A DNA stretch of 64,000 nucleotides from Yuukianura sp. NJ FZ-2021 (Eukaryota): positions 14,260,001 through 14,324,000 of the forward strand of contig CM102290.1 in the NCBI GenBank assembly GCA_046563655.1, given 5' to 3'. Positions within the stretch are counted from its first letter, which is position 1. The number at the start of each line of letters is the position of its first letter. The translations under genes were made by a program, and so were the position numbers. Positions 62,336-64,000 of the stretch are shown here, one piece after another. The notes beneath the pieces are model-generated. The model worked only from the letters and a program-made list of their open reading frames with translations, was not told the DNA's origin and ran no database searches.

Positions 62336-63576
62336 AAAAAATAATTTGAAGATGCAAAATCTTAGACACAAGGTTGTTCTAAAAAAAATTCTAAAAAATA
62401 GGTGATTGAGGGACACTTTTTTAAAAAAAACCAAAACGCTAAAACGTGAGATTTTAATTAAAATTTTACTGACTTGGGCATAAGGACAACTAACAAAAAT
62501 TGTGACAAAAAAACTGAAATGTCGCTTTACTTAACTAGACTTTTTCTGACTGTCCGTTTCCTGTAGTTAAAAAAAATGTGACTTTTTAAAAAAGTTTTAA
62601 AATTTTGACTTTTTGAAAAGTCTACTTTGTACTTTATACGAATATAAACATACTGTATGCTAAGATTTTTAAAAACTATGTTTCAGACGGGACTAAAAAA
62701 TGTTTTAGAGGTTATTTTAGGTGCTCCAAGCAGGTATGACCTTTGACCTTACAAATATCAAAATACGAATATTTTCAAAAAAAAAAGTTGACAAATTTTG
62801 ACAACATTTTTTGAAAATGTGAAATTTTTTGAACGTAAACTTAACCAAAGCGTGGAATGTTAACAGCTTTAATATTTTTTGATAATATTCGACAGTGTGC
62901 GCCGCTCAAACGACAAATCGGATTCTAAGAATATTTTTTTGCTTAAATCCCAATTACACCTCAATTATTTTGTTAACTTTGTTATGGCCAGGCGGCATTG
63001 TTGTAACGCAAAAAAAAATTGTTATGTTTTAACTTACTAAAAAATGTTCAAGTAACATCATGTTCAAGGGGATATTATTACTTTGTTTAATTATGTTTAA
63101 GTAATATACACAAAAACAAGAAATTGAATAAAAAACAACGTTGTAAAAAATCAAAGTTGCTGCAACTTTTCCAAAAAAAAAACGTTTCTTAATGAAAAAC
63201 TTCTTTTTTTTTCATAAAAAAGTAAATGATAGAAAGTGGGGCCGTGAGAAGTGTTATTAATCCGATTCCTGAGGACATCCTGTTTTCTTTAAAAAGTAGA
63301 TCTATGTCCTCAATCCTCATTAACCTATTGGTTAAATTACTCTACTTTTCTCAATTACAAAAACTATTTTTTTTTTCAAACTACCAACAAGTTCCTTCAG
63401 AAACTTAGTTTCAGGCAAGAATATTAAAAAAAAAAGTTTTAAACTCTATTTTGTTTAAATTTTAAATACTTCTGCCACCTCTGATTTAGTCTACTACCAC
63501 TGTAAACCATCTAAAGTTGCAACTCGATCCTGATTGGTTAATTTGGCGCAAATCATAAGCTTCCTCTCATCAAGAG

Positions 63577-63738
63577 CAGTGTTATCAACCTCTTTGACAT
63601 TTCGTCCAGTGGATATCCATTAGGTAATATAAATATATTTCATCCGGTTTTATCTGGCAGAAATGGCTGGATAAAATGGATACTTCCACCTAATTTGATG
63701 TAGGTGGCAGAGATATTTTATATAATCCAACAACACTG
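63577..63738 (-). mobile_element. Diverged second copy of the CAGTGTTG MITE
   Basis: Reverse-complement similarity to 5071-5240 (AATATATTTCATCC, GAAATGGCTGGATAAA, GGATACTTCCACCTA, ATCCAACAACACTG). Confidence 0.75.
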
Positions 63739-64000
63739 CACCATCCAAACCGTCAGCAGTTGGTCCCTCCAGAGACTTTCGGTTTTACGGTATTCCACCG
63801 AGAAAAAAAAGTTGCAATTTGAGAGGGTTTACTGTATCAAAATTTTGAAAAAATGAATGTCAACTGGAAAGAAAGTTAGAAATTAAGCAACTTGACGAAC
63901 GCAAGGAATTTATTTATCCATAAACTGAGTAAAAGAAAAGGATTAGCGCTTCCTGTGGAGTTGGAGGCGTTCTCGTCGGAGCCAAGCGGCGTGTCGACTG

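Overview
AT-rich, intron-containing eukaryotic DNA, probably from an arthropod. That guess is an inference from the gene content, the TTAGG-like repeats and the Tyr/Gly/Pro-rich secreted proteins. Well-supported content: (1) a complete 3,647-bp autonomous hAT DNA transposon (9903-13549) with 18-bp TIRs, a perfect 8-bp TSD and an intact 7-exon, ~800-aa transposase; (2) an 11-coding-exon GPI-type alkaline phosphatase gene (minus, 28273-36628) with a 14-nt micro-exon and a GC-AG intron; (3) a TYW2/TRMT12-like wybutosine-biosynthesis gene (minus, 39831 to at least 45400); (4) three signal-peptide, Tyr/Pro/Gly-rich, single-hydrophobic-segment protein genes (49212-62335); (5) many MITEs (8-bp-TSD hAT type, TA-TSD Tc1/mariner type, one TAA-TSD type) and tandem repeats. 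The most striking unexplained structure is a perfect 16-bp palindrome, AACAATCGCGATTGTT. It lies in five of the six introns of the hAT transposase gene and at the 3' end of the CDS, with a compensated variant upstream of the ATG, giving one copy every ~360-590 bp along the element. Gene models were built by eye from splice signals and frame continuity. No database searches were possible.
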